Notes under the pieces: generated by a model | The model's input: only the letters and a program-made list of their open reading frames with translations | Database searches by the model: none | Told to the model about the DNA's origin: nothing | Source of the DNA: Vicugna vicugna | Lineage: Eukaryota | DNA: 64,000 bases | Direction of reading: 5' to 3' | Assembly: GCA_013265495.1 (NCBI GenBank) | Contig: MU060042.1 | Location: 5,824,258 to 5,888,257 of the forward strand | In this document: in pieces, positions 38,718 through 49,337 of the stretch | How positions within the stretch are numbered: the stretch's first letter is position 1 | Layout: each line of letters begins with the position of its first letter | Position numbers and translations under genes: made by a program

Positions 38718-39175
38718 TTTTATTGTGGGTAAAATGAGTACAACAGAAGACTTACCATCTTCACCACCTCTGAGTGCACAGCTCATGGGCATCACATGCA
38801 CTCACACTGTTGCACAACCGTCACCCCATCCGTCTGCCTTCACTCTTTTTATCTTGTAAAATCGAAACTCAGTCCCCATTAAACACTTACCGCCCCACCC
38901 CTCCCCCAGCTCTGACAACCACTGTCCCGCCTTCTGTCCCTGGGACTCTGGCTCCTCTGGGGACCTCACTTGGGTGCAGGTTTGTCCAAAATGAACCTTT
39001 TGTGACAGGTTCATTTCACTCAGCATAATGTGGTAGCAGGTGTCAGGACCTCCTGCCCTTCGGTATTCCTGTATGGACAGACTGTGTTTGGGTTATCTGT
39101 CGTCCACCGATGGGCACTTTGGCTGTTGTGAGTCGTGGCGTCGTAAACATGGATGTGCAGACCTGCTCAGGGGGA
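38718..39175 (-). mobile_element. Old L1 (L1MA/MB-like) 3' end, finishing about 60 nt before the exon at 39236
   Basis: ttttattgtgggtaaaat...tgttgcacaaccgtcacc...ttttgtgacaggttcatttcactcagcataatg...gtaaacatggatgtgcag. Confidence 0.75.
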
Positions 39176-39235
39176 GACCGTTCCAAAGGGTGGCGGTGTG
39201 ACGAGCTGGAGCTCACCAGCGTGAACTCCTCCCAG

Positions 39236-39334
39236 ATCTGGATGCTGACCGGGGACAAACTGGAGACGGCCACCTGCATTGCCAAGAGCTCCCACCTGGT
39301 GTCTCGAACGCAGGACACTCACGTCTTCAGACCG
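39236..39334 (+). CDS. ATP9B: ATP9B coding exon (approx. 20): [33 protein letters not shown]
   Basis: Acceptor tcccag|atc and donor agaccg|gtaagt. 33 codons; TGDK motif. Confidence 0.96.
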
Positions 39335-41084
39335 GTAAGTGCCCGCCTCAGTGACGTCCGATTTAAATGTTTTCTCTCACAATTAAAATCTACTCGTTTT
39401 GTGAAAATGTATATGCAGTTATTGATCAATTATTAAAAGTCTGTTTTAAAGGAGAAATAATTTTCTTACTCAATTTATAAAAACATGATGAAGTAGATTT
39501 CTATTAGTTACATATATTAAATGTGAACAAAAAGCTGCTTTTGATAGAGTGGAATAAGTTCTAAATTCAAAAGTATTTTTCTGTTGTACTATTGGAATTA
39601 TTTATTAACAGCTAAATATCGCTTTTAAAACAGACACACCACAGGCATTTTCGGTTCAGTTTGTGGAAGTGTGAGGACACACACACATAGTCCGGGGGCT
39701 GCTTGTGTGAAACCGGCTCTAAATACAAAGTAGAAATGTATTTTCAGTCTCCCACCATTTTCAGATTAAATGCTCTTCCATAATTGGACCAAAGAAAATT
39801 AGTTGAAATTATCTAAATTTATGTGTTTACTGTATCTGTTAGTTATGATGAAATTTGATTCAAACAAAAAATAAAAGTTTCTTGGGTCTTGATTGATGGC
39901 GGCCTAACAGACATTGTGTGTGTTTGTTCCTCCAAATGGAGCCCGTGCACCCACAGAAATTGCGATGTGAATATAATTTACATGTAAATGTAGTTCATTT
40001 CCAAGCATCGGAATCACAGATTAGGCCCTGCAGACTAGTACTTGCAATTAAATTATTAATGATTCTGATAAAACTTCAGATCAGTTTTTGTTGACTTTCC
40101 AGTGTTACAGCACCACAAATAAAACCACGATAGCATTTCCATAGTAAAACCTGCCTATTTAAAGATGAGTCTGGGATTAATTTGGACCACGTGAAACTTC
40201 TGGTTTGTTTCAGTCTTGTCATTTCCTTTATGTCCCAGAAAATCTCCACAGGAAGAATGTCAGAAACTGGTATGTTGGTTTCTGAAATGTTTTCATTCTG
40301 AAATTAATGATATTTCGAGATTATGACCTGATTTCACTCCTTTAAATCCTTAAATCCTCAGACATTTACTTGCTTGAACTAACAGAGTAAGTTGAGACCC
40401 ACGGCAGAGACAACAGGCATAGCTTTATAAGCCGTGTGTGTCACTTGGCACCTTGTGAAGACATCTTTAAAGGAACCGTGAGGATTTCGGTGTCCTGCCC
40501 CGCCCCCTGTGCCGTGAGGCACTCGGCTTCCTGGCTGACGTGCACCGTAGTGGGACTGTGACTCCAGAGACCGGCGTCCCTCGCGTTGGAAGTCCCCCAC
40601 CCGCTACCCCTTTGAAAGTACAGAGACGTTCAACTGATAGTGATCGTGCTCTCTTACCGAAATACGCTGATGAAGGCCGTGTCTTCCCCCGCTGCACAGA
40701 GACAGCTGTTAGCCCGTGGTGGGGGCGGGGGCGAGGGGGCGTCTCTGTGGACAAGCCAGCTTCTCTGTCCCTTTTCTCTTGTTGTAATGGTGTGCTTGCC
40801 CTGCACTTTGCCACGTAAGATTCCTGTTGAGCTGCTGTGCGTTGGAAGATACTCCGTGTTAAGCAGGCATTTATTCCCAGCGCTGTAGAGGAAACTGGAA
40901 AGAGCTGTTTGTCAGTTTCCCGTCCATACAGGAATACCGAAGGGCAGGAGGTCCTGACACCTGCTACCACACCTTTCTGTCCTGGAAGTGTCTGAATGTC
41001 TCTTGTGATTGGTAAATCAGGGCCTACCTGTTGGTGCCTCTGATTGGAAACGTTGTGATTCGGGTCCTTTCCCTCTTCCTGCAG

Positions 41085-41174
41085 GTAACCAGTCGGGGAG
41101 AGGCCCACCTGGAGCTGAATGCTTTTCGAAGGAAGCATGACTGTGCGCTGGTCATATCCGGGGACTCCCTGGAG
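41085..41174 (+). CDS. ATP9B: ATP9B coding exon (approx. 21): [30 protein letters not shown]
   Basis: Acceptor cctgcag|gta and donor ctggag|gtgagg. 30 codons. Confidence 0.95.
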
Positions 41175-41330
41175 GTGAGGCTGGTCTCAACCAAGCAGGT
41201 GTCTGTCTGGACCAAGCACTTGTCTGTCTGTCTCAACCAAGCACATGTCTGTCCATCTCCCTGAAAGTGAAGCTGGTCTCGACCAAGCATGGGTCTGTCT
41301 GTCTGTGTCTGTCTCAGCCAAGCCCCTGCC
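41165..41330 (+). repeat. Degenerate local tandem repeat (units containing ccaagca..gtctgt; larger 92-nt period)
   Basis: ctccctggaggtgaggctggtctcaaccaagca (41165) is repeated as ctccctgaaagtgaagctggtctcgaccaagca (41257). The ccaagc core occurs five times. Confidence 0.8.
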
Positions 41331-43676
41331 TGCTCCTCCTGCTGGTTGACTCTGGGCTCCCGAGTCAGGTGCACTTCAGCAGCCTCTGCCGGCCCCCGCT
41401 ACTTGTCAGGCCTCTGCCGCCAGGGCAGAGGTCTGTGCCCCCGCGGGGACCAGCGACTGCCTGCAGCAACATCACACGAGGTCAGGGTGAGAAGCTGGCC
41501 CTCGGTGCTTCGGCGCTGGCTTCTTTCAGGCTCATCAGAGCTCTGCTTGGGCACTCGGAGCTGCACTCCCTGCCGATCGCTCGGCGGGCCTTGGTCTTGA
41601 CTCTGGTGCCCACAGTCCTGGTCCTGATTTGTCCAAACCCGAGTTTCCAGAGCTGTGCCTGGGACACAGGAAACAGGAGCCTGGAGGCCCCGGCAGGGGC
41701 CTAGGCAGCTGAGGCGTCCAGGCCAGTCCTCTCCTCCCGCCCCTTCTCTCCCCACTCTGCTTCAGGTCTGCACCTAGCAGGCCCGGCCATTGTCCCTCTG
41801 GTCACGCTCAGGTGGTCAAGCAGGCCACTGAGGCCAGCCGGGCTTGAGGGAGGGGACAGACCACACCTCCCCCGGAGAAGGGGCATGATGGCCCTGCCCC
41901 CATGAGCCGCCCCAGTTTCACAAGGCCACGCGCCGCACAGGTTGTGCAGTGCGGAGGCTGGTTCCCTGAGCAGCTTCTCCCCCGGGGGCCGGTAGGGGGG
42001 CCCCGCGTCACACGGCAAGCCCCTCCACGCTGCTGTGGGTTCCCTGCTTCGTGCGTCTGGGGCTGCTGTCCCTGCCCCGCCGCCCCCAGCTGCTGCCCTG
42101 TGGCCTGTGTCTGGGGGTGGAGGACTTGGAGGTGCTCCCCCCACTCTCCCGGGCCTGACCGAGCGCCCCCCTCAGCTTGTCTCCACTCTGCAGTGCCGGC
42201 GTTGCCAGTGTTTACTGCGTGGTGGGGGCTACCAGAGCTGCTCACCGCCTTCAATATCTGACATGTGCTCTGTCCCCCGACTCCCGCCAACATGGCCACG
42301 GAGCTGCTGTTCGGCATTTATCCCCCACTGCCTGCTGCTCGTGTGCCCCCTGCTCCCCTGAAGGACCAGGCCCCCTCTGCTCTCGCTCTCCCAGCGCCCC
42401 GCCTCGCCAGGCAGTGCCTCAGGCGCTGGGCCTGGCGCTGCAGGGCCCGTGTCCCCCGGCCTGCAGGTGTCTGTCCCTCTGGTCCCCCTGGTCCTGCCCA
42501 GCCGCTGCTCCTGCTGGGGGGTTGCTCCTGGGGGCTGGGCCATGCTGGTGCAGGGGCACCCTGCTGTCCGCCCGGGGTCCCCGAGCTGCACCCCAGCTCC
42601 CGTGCCGTCCAGTTCGCATAGTGTGCCGTGGTTCTGCTGCTTCCTCCCAGCTCGTGTCTCCGGGTCTGGGGGAGGAGCGATGGCCGCCCCCCCGCCCCCG
42701 CCTGGCCCCGCCTTCCTGCCTTCCCTCCTCCACCTCCCGCCCCTCAGCTGGAGGGTGAAGGTGGGTCTCGGCTCCACACCCGCGGGCCTGGGCCTGCGCG
42801 TGCCCAGCGCAGGCTCCTCTGCACTGCCGAGCCCCCGCCACCTGTCTGCCCGCCCCCTGGGGTCCAGGCGCTGTGCTGCTGCCTCCGCCCTTCCCGCCTG
42901 CCTCGCAGCTCTCTGTCTCTGCCGCTGCCCTCACGGGAGCTGGGGAGGGACCAGCCTTTACAAGTGTGTCTTGCTGTATCTAGTCCCTAAATTCACGTGT
43001 CGTATGTGGCAGCTGGTGGGCTCTGGAGAAGACGGAGGTGGAGAGCGCGTGTGCCCCCCGCCTGCCTCCCTGGTCCTGCTCCCCGAGCAGCGGCCCCTGC
43101 CCTTCCTTCTTGGCCCCTGCTTCTCGCTGAGCACCTGCCGTAAACGTGGGTTTAGCTCACCTCCTGGGTTTTAAGCGGCAAACTGCCTAGAATCACCTCT
43201 CGGCCCGTCACCGGGGCACAGGGTCCCCTGCAGGCAAACGTGCAACCGTGGTGGTTGGCGCTGCGGGGGCTCCGAACCCTCCCCTCTGATGGCCCGTCCG
43301 CCTCGCCAGGTGACTTTGGGGCCTCCAGCCCAGCGCGCGGACCCACGCTCCAGGCAGCTGTGGGGAAGTTTGTTTCCCCGAGGGCAGGGAGTCGAGCTGA
43401 CATGCTGAGACTGTTCTGTGGTAGAGATCAGAGCTCTTTTTAGCCGGCCACTGGGACGGCAGGGCTGCAGCACCTGCAGGAGACAGAGAACCAGGAGAGC
43501 TCTGTGTCCCCGACTGCCACACGCCCACCGCTCCCTTCCCGCCGAGGCCCTGGGCGCCAGCCTCCTGTCCGCCCATCGCATGAGCCCTGCCAGCCGGCAG
43601 GGGCCGCAGGCTTTTCTCCAGGCCTCGCTCCTCCAGTCCCAGGCCTGCCGCGGAGGGGTCATGCCGTGTTTTGCAG

Positions 43677-43821
43677 GTGTGTCTGAAGTACTACGAGCAT
43701 GAGTTCATGGAGCTGGCCTGCCAGTGCCCGGCCGTGGTCTGCTGCCGCTGCTCACCCACGCAGAAGGCCCGCATCGTGTCCCTGCTGCGGCAGCACACGG
43801 GGAGGCGCACCTGCGCCATTG
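43677..43821 (+). CDS. ATP9B: ATP9B coding exon (approx. 22): [10 protein letters not shown]...[12 protein letters not shown]...RTCAI(G)
   Basis: Acceptor ttgcag|gtg and donor attg|gtgagc. CCRCSPTQK motif. Confidence 0.96.
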
Positions 43822-43934
43822 GTGAGCACTGGGGGAGATGCGGGCCTGGGAGTGAGGGCAGGGTGGGTGTCGTCTGCCGGTCAGCGGGGCGAGCTCGTCC
43901 AGGCTCCCATCTCCCTCACTCTCCCTGCTCCCAG

Positions 43935-43999
43935 GTGACGGCGGGAATGACGTGAGCATGATCCAGGCGGCGGACTGCGGGATCGGCATTGAGGGAAAG
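43935..43999 (+). CDS. ATP9B: ATP9B coding exon (approx. 23): (G)[21 protein letters not shown]
   Basis: Acceptor tcccag|gt and donor ggaaag|gtgcgt. GDGGND motif; preceded by a 113-nt intron. Confidence 0.96.
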
Positions 44000-44538
44000 G
44001 TGCGTTTGTCTGGGACCCACAGGTCCTTGCGGCCCCTCCCTGGGCTCCGCAGACCTCTCGGCCCCTCCAGCTCCTTGCCTGCGTCTCACCCACGGCCCCC
44101 TGTGCAGATTTCATGTCTTCTGACCAAATGGGGGCTGGGGTCTGTCCTGTGAGCTCCGGAAACACACCCAGAGGGACCGGACACGAGCCTGACCCCAGCC
44201 TGTCACCTCCTGGCACCTGGCGGTCATGGATCAGGTCACGGCGTCTAGCCCTCAGCAGCTGGGCAGGGGAGCGGTATGGCGGTTTCAGCTGTGAGGTGCC
44301 CGGCTGGGAGAACCGTCCTGAAGGTCTCTGCTTAGTTCCCATGGCCCTGACGATGCCGGAGCTGATTTCTGTGCTGTCCTGGCGGGCAGCCCCCGAGGGT
44401 GGGCGCACCACCCTGCTGGCCCTCTGCCCCGCGCAGGCCGCCAGCCCCTTCAGCGTGTGTGAGAGGGCTCAGTCCTTGTGGCCCGCTGCTGTGGGAAAGA
44501 GGGTTGCCAGCATCCTGACGGCGCTTCTGTGGTTCCAG

Positions 44539-44694
44539 GAGGGCAGGCAGGCCTCACTGGCGGCCGACTTCTCCATCACGCAGTTCAGGCACGTTGGCCG
44601 GCTGCTGGTGGTGCACGGACGCAGCAGCTACAAGCGGTCAGCGGCGCTGGGCCAGTTCGTCATGCACCGCGGCCTCATCATCTCCACCATGCAG
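44539..44694 (+). CDS. ATP9B: ATP9B coding exon (approx. 24): [52 protein letters not shown]
   Basis: Acceptor ttccag|gag and donor atgcag|gtgcgc. 52 codons. Confidence 0.96.
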
Positions 44695-44780
44695 GTGCGC
44701 GGGGTCTGCGTGGCGGCGGGAGCCGGGTCTAGGCCGCGTGCCAGCCTCCAGGACTCAGGGGCTGCTCTTTTCTCTCCAAG

Positions 44781-44845
44781 GCTGTGTTCTCCTCCGTCTT
44801 CTATTTTGCGTCCGTCCCCCTGTACCAGGGCTTCCTCATGGTCGG
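44781..44845 (+). CDS. ATP9B: ATP9B coding exon (approx. 25): [21 protein letters not shown](G)
   Basis: Acceptor tctccaag|gct and donor gtcgg|gtaagt. Transmembrane segment; preceded by an 86-nt intron. Confidence 0.95.
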
Positions 44846-45899
44846 GTAAGTGACGTCACCGCGGACTCCACGCCATGTTAGGAACGTGGGGTTTGGAAAA
44901 ACCCGCCGGGTTCACTCAAGCAGCTCCCCCGCTCAGCACTCAGGGATGCAAGAAGCCCGTGTCCACTCACTGGGGGACCTTGGAGGCAGCCCCTGTCTGC
45001 CTGTCCCTCCTCCATCCTGCTGTTGAGTTTTCTCATGGAATTTCACCTTCCCGGGGAAGCCACGTTGGTGTCAGGGACTATGTCGGATCCGAGGGTTTTT
45101 AAAGCATTCCGGGGCATGATGAGGGGCGCTGGTGACGACACCCTCGCATCCCAGCACAGAGGAGGCCCCCTGAAGCCTGCCTCCTCCTCAGGACGGGACA
45201 GGAAGTTAGCAGCAAAGACCCCCATGGTCAGGAAGTGCTGGGATGGGACGTGATGCTCCAGAACAGGCACCATGGGGTCTCCCTAGGGTGACGAAGCCTC
45301 AGAGACACCGCCGAGCAGCTCAGAAGGTACCTCGGAGAGCGGTGTGGGGTCTGGGGTGCAGCCCTCCCACACCTGTGTGCCTTGAGTTACTGAACAAGCC
45401 AAGTTCTTAGAAGGACTGGAGTGTACCCTCCCCCAGAGAACACATGCTTGCTCTTCCCAAGTCCCCCCAGGCTGGGCGCTGCGCCCGGCCACCTGCAGGC
45501 CCCAGCCGCCTGCTGCTCATCACAGCGCTGTTTCGTAGATTACCCCGAGAGCAGGAGAAGCCCAAAGGCACAGAAAGCTCCGGTGTTTTTCCACGTTTTC
45601 CCGGGGCTTAAGGCTCTGTCATAACGGTTGCACTGACGACCTGAAACCGTGCAGGATGTGCGCAGTGGCACCGAGCGCAGCTGCAGTCTGTCAGGTGCGT
45701 GTCATCCTTGGAGGCCAAATGGAAGCATCACCTTCTCACTTTGTTTCTGTTTTGAAAGTGTGGACCTGAAACTGTGAAGGGAAGTTTAAGGGACGGTGGT
45801 GAGTACTCTGAAGCAGTGCCCTGGGCGACGGGGTTACAGCGCCAGGCACCTGCCCTGCTTCCCTCTGCGGCCTCGTCCGCATCGGCACCTGTGTTCTTA

Positions 45900-46090
45900 C
45901 TTTTTTTATTTTTATTTTATTTTTGTTTTTGTGTTTTAAATATATTTTAGTTGAGGTATAGTCAGTTTTCGGTGTTGTGTCAGTTTCTGGTGCCCAGCTC
46001 AGCGCTTCAGTCACGTAGGAACGTACACATAGTAGTTTTCATAGTCACTTGAACCGTAAGTTACTACAAGATACTGAATATAGTTCACTG
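45900..46090 (-). mobile_element. L1 3'-end fragment with poly(A)-derived (TTTTA)n tail
   Basis: ttttttttatttttattttattttt...ttgaggtatagtcagttttcggtgttgtgtcagtttctggtgcccagc...tacaagatactgaatatagttc. Confidence 0.7.
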
Positions 46091-47229
46091 TGAGCACCTG
46101 CGTTTTTAAAGCTCCTATTTTATTGGCTTTTACTGAGACTTTAAAGAAGTGTCTCTGCATGTCTGTCCCTTACATGAGGCGCCTGTAAATTCTCTTGAGC
46201 TCTCGGACCCTGGCTTTGGTAGGAAGGGAGGGGCATGCTTTCAAGTTAAGCTTCTTCACAAATAAACAATACAACGGTTTGCCTGCCTGGAAAACAAATA
46301 CAAAGAACTGGTCAGGAAGCAAGATGATGTTTTTATCAAATAAAATCTAACCAATTAAATCCAACCAGAGCAAATTAACGTCCTTCTGTGGTGGAAAACC
46401 TGCAGGGCAGTTGTTAGGGTTCAGCTGCTCCTGTCCCACTGTCTTTATCCTCGTTCATGTTGCTAGCTCTGTAGGAATTGATGGCCCCGTTGAGGCCCCG
46501 CCTGGGCTGGTGGTGACTTTGGGGCTCGTGCAGAGGCATCCCTGTGGCCCCCTCGAGCCCACCTGGCAGCATGCAGCCCACTCCCCACACTCGCTTCTGC
46601 CCGCCTCACTGAGGTCCTGGGAGAGGCCTTGCCTGCCCCCCAAAAAGCCTCCCCTTGTCAAGGTCCTTCGCGGAAGCCCCGCGTGTGTATCATGGCCCCT
46701 TAGAATTCAGGCTGCCTGTCAGCGCATCGAAGGTTCCAAGAGACCCGCTCAACATCGTCAAACCAGACCCCGTCTTCGCCAACACCTACTGACGCCCACA
46801 TTCAGGCAGTACCCCAAGGGACACACGGTCCACTCCAGCCAAGGTGTCCCTAGGGGATGGCAGCAGCCAGCCAGGGTGTGTGTCCCTGCAAGGGGCTGGG
46901 ATGGAGAAGCGGAGTGAGGGTGCATTTGTTAAACTACCAGATGCCGTCTCAGCGGGGAGCCCAGGTGGGTGAGTGGCCGCAGAGGGGAGACATGGCTGTA
47001 GGCGGGGAGGACGGGCATGCACCGGGGGCTGTGCGCTCAGGCCTGTCACCGAGGGCACGACCGCGGCCGCTGGGCACCTCACCCTCCAGCTCACACTGGG
47101 AGACAGGACAAAATATGGGGAAAACTGTTCAGACAGTGGACAGCAGGCAGTAGGGACTGATGGCCAGGAGAAGGGATGTTGGTAGAACTGAGACCTGAAG
47201 CCCTTGGGACCTTGGGGGGCAAAGACGTC

Positions 47230-47545
47230 TGAGGCACAAGATACATGAACTGGTAAAGAAAAAAGTGACAAAGTGGACTTCATCAAAATGAGAAGTCTTC
47301 ACTCTTCTGAAGACACTATTAACCAAATAAGAATGCAGACTGGGAAAAACTGTTTTCAGTACGTGTATCTGATGAGAACTTTGTATCCCAACTATTCAGT
47401 GATGTCCAAACAACTCATTTTTTTAAGAAAAGGCAAAAGATTTGAGCGTACATTACGAAAGAAGATGTAAGAATGATTAGGAAGCACGTGAAAATTTATC
47501 AACATCGTTAGTCACGGGAAATGCAAACTTCAGCCCTATGAGGTC
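47230..47545 (+). mobile_element. L1 ORF2 3' fragment
   Basis: gacaaagtggacttcatcaaaatgagaagtcttcactcttctgaagacactatt...aacatcgttagtcacgggaaatgcaaac. Confidence 0.7.
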
Positions 47546-49228
47546 CTGCTCGGAGGCCGAGTTAAGAGACTGGACGGGGCGGGGGCTGGTCAGCAGGCCT
47601 TTTGGGTGGTGGGAGCTCTGCCCTGTGACCTGGCGGCAGGCTGGAAGTTACAGTCAGGTGAGTTCATTTATAAAAGTGGTGATTTTTTTTTTAATTTGAT
47701 TGAGAAGCTGGAGAAACTTCTGGCATAGTGAGAACGGAAGGCCTCGTCGGTGCACTTTACAAAGACGGGGCCCGCGGGACCTGCGCGAGGGTCGTGGGTC
47801 GGGCCACGTGCGCGGGGCTTCTTCCCTGCACGGCTGCCGGCACTGCCGGGTCGTCGGGGGCTCCTGAACACCGGGCACCCTGAGTCCCTGAGTTCTGAGA
47901 CTAACAAGAGTAGTTGAAGATGTGGAGGAGTTAGAAAGTACTCTGCCTAGTCAACCTGATGAAGAAATTACAGGTTGACTCTGGTAAAGAACTCAGGCCC
48001 GGAGTTGTGCCCCTAGCAACGTCCACCTTCTGAGAGCAGATACCGATGTCTCCCCCTGGAGAGCGTGCTGCCTGGGACCCGCGGTGGTCTGAGAGTCAGA
48101 GCAGTTGCGCTGGTGACCGAGGAACCCGACATGGCAGACAGAAGTGCCCGGGTCTCACGTGTCATGGCGCTGGCAGGTGGGACGGCGCCGTTAGATTCTC
48201 CTTCCTGGTCCTCTGCCACTGGTTCCGTCCCAGCCTGGACGCTCCCTTGCAGTGAGCTTGTTGGAAAAAACCCAGTCCCGCTTGCAGGGAGATGGGATAG
48301 ATGTCCTGTCCTCATTCCTCCCGCTAAGGCCGCTGCAGATCCTGGCTGCCACACGGAGCACTCGGACGACGGCCTGAGATGGGTGAGGGGGCGCCCCGGG
48401 GATCCCGGGGCCTGGACAGCACTCAGCTGAGCCCCGGGGGAGAGCTCAGTCCTCCTCAGTCAGGGGCCGGCCGGGAGGTGAGCAAAGGGCTTGAGCAGAG
48501 GGCGTGGGGCGGCCCAGGAGCCCACACAGAGGCTTCGGCACCACCGGCCGCCGGGAAGTGCAGGTGTAAACCAGGATGACAGTGGCAGGGAGTACATGTG
48601 CCCAGCGACGGTGGGAGTTCAGGGTCTGTGCCCTCATGCCTGCGGTGGGACAGGAGGCCTGGAGGACGGTCGGCAGTTTCTTCTGAGACTGGATATGCCC
48701 ACCACGCAGTCCGCCTGGCACTCCTGCCTGAAGTAAATGAAAAAGCCCGTGCAGTGAATGTACACAGCACTTAGACGTGTAATGACCCAAAGCCCTTCAG
48801 TGAGTGACCTGGGTGCACGACCTGTGTGCCCACAGCCCGAGTGCGTGACCTGGATGCCCCCAGGGGACCAGGTTGGGTCCCCTGGAGTGACAGGAGCTGC
48901 AGGATGGAGCACAGCTCGGGGGCTGCCGGCTGAGGAGGGTGGGAGAAGGGGCCCCGGGCAAGGGGCCGGGGTCTCTGTTTCCTCTAATCACTATACGCAA
49001 GTCTGCAGCAACCTCAGAATAGAAGGTTTAATTAGGAAAAAGCAGGTGCCACTGCCTTTGGGCCTCTGTGGCCTGTGGGCCTGGCCCTGAGCTGTGGGTC
49101 CATGCGGGTCGCAGGTTGCTGGCCTTTTTCTGTTCTGTCTGGTGCTCGCGCCTTTGGCCTCTGGTTCCAGAGGTGTGTGCTCGTGGTGCCGGGTCCCTCC
49201 CGTAACCTGCCTCTGCTCTCCCTCCCAG

Positions 49229-49337
49229 GTATGCGACTGTCTACACCATGTTCCCGGTGTTCTCCCTGGTGCTGGACGAGGACGTGAGGCCGGACACGGC
49301 GATGCTCTACCCCGAACTCTACAAGGACCTCACCAAG
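49229..49337 (+). CDS. ATP9B: ATP9B coding exon (approx. 26): (G)[36 protein letters not shown]
   Basis: Acceptor ctcccag|g and donor accaag|gtgtgc. YPELY motif. Confidence 0.96.

Noticed and set aside
41082-41090. Acceptors followed directly by donor-like sequence (CAG|GTAACC here; CAG|GTATGC at 49229), suggesting recursive splicing
   Set aside because: Explained by the encoded residues (Val-Thr; Gly-Tyr), and the introns are too short for typical recursive splicing.
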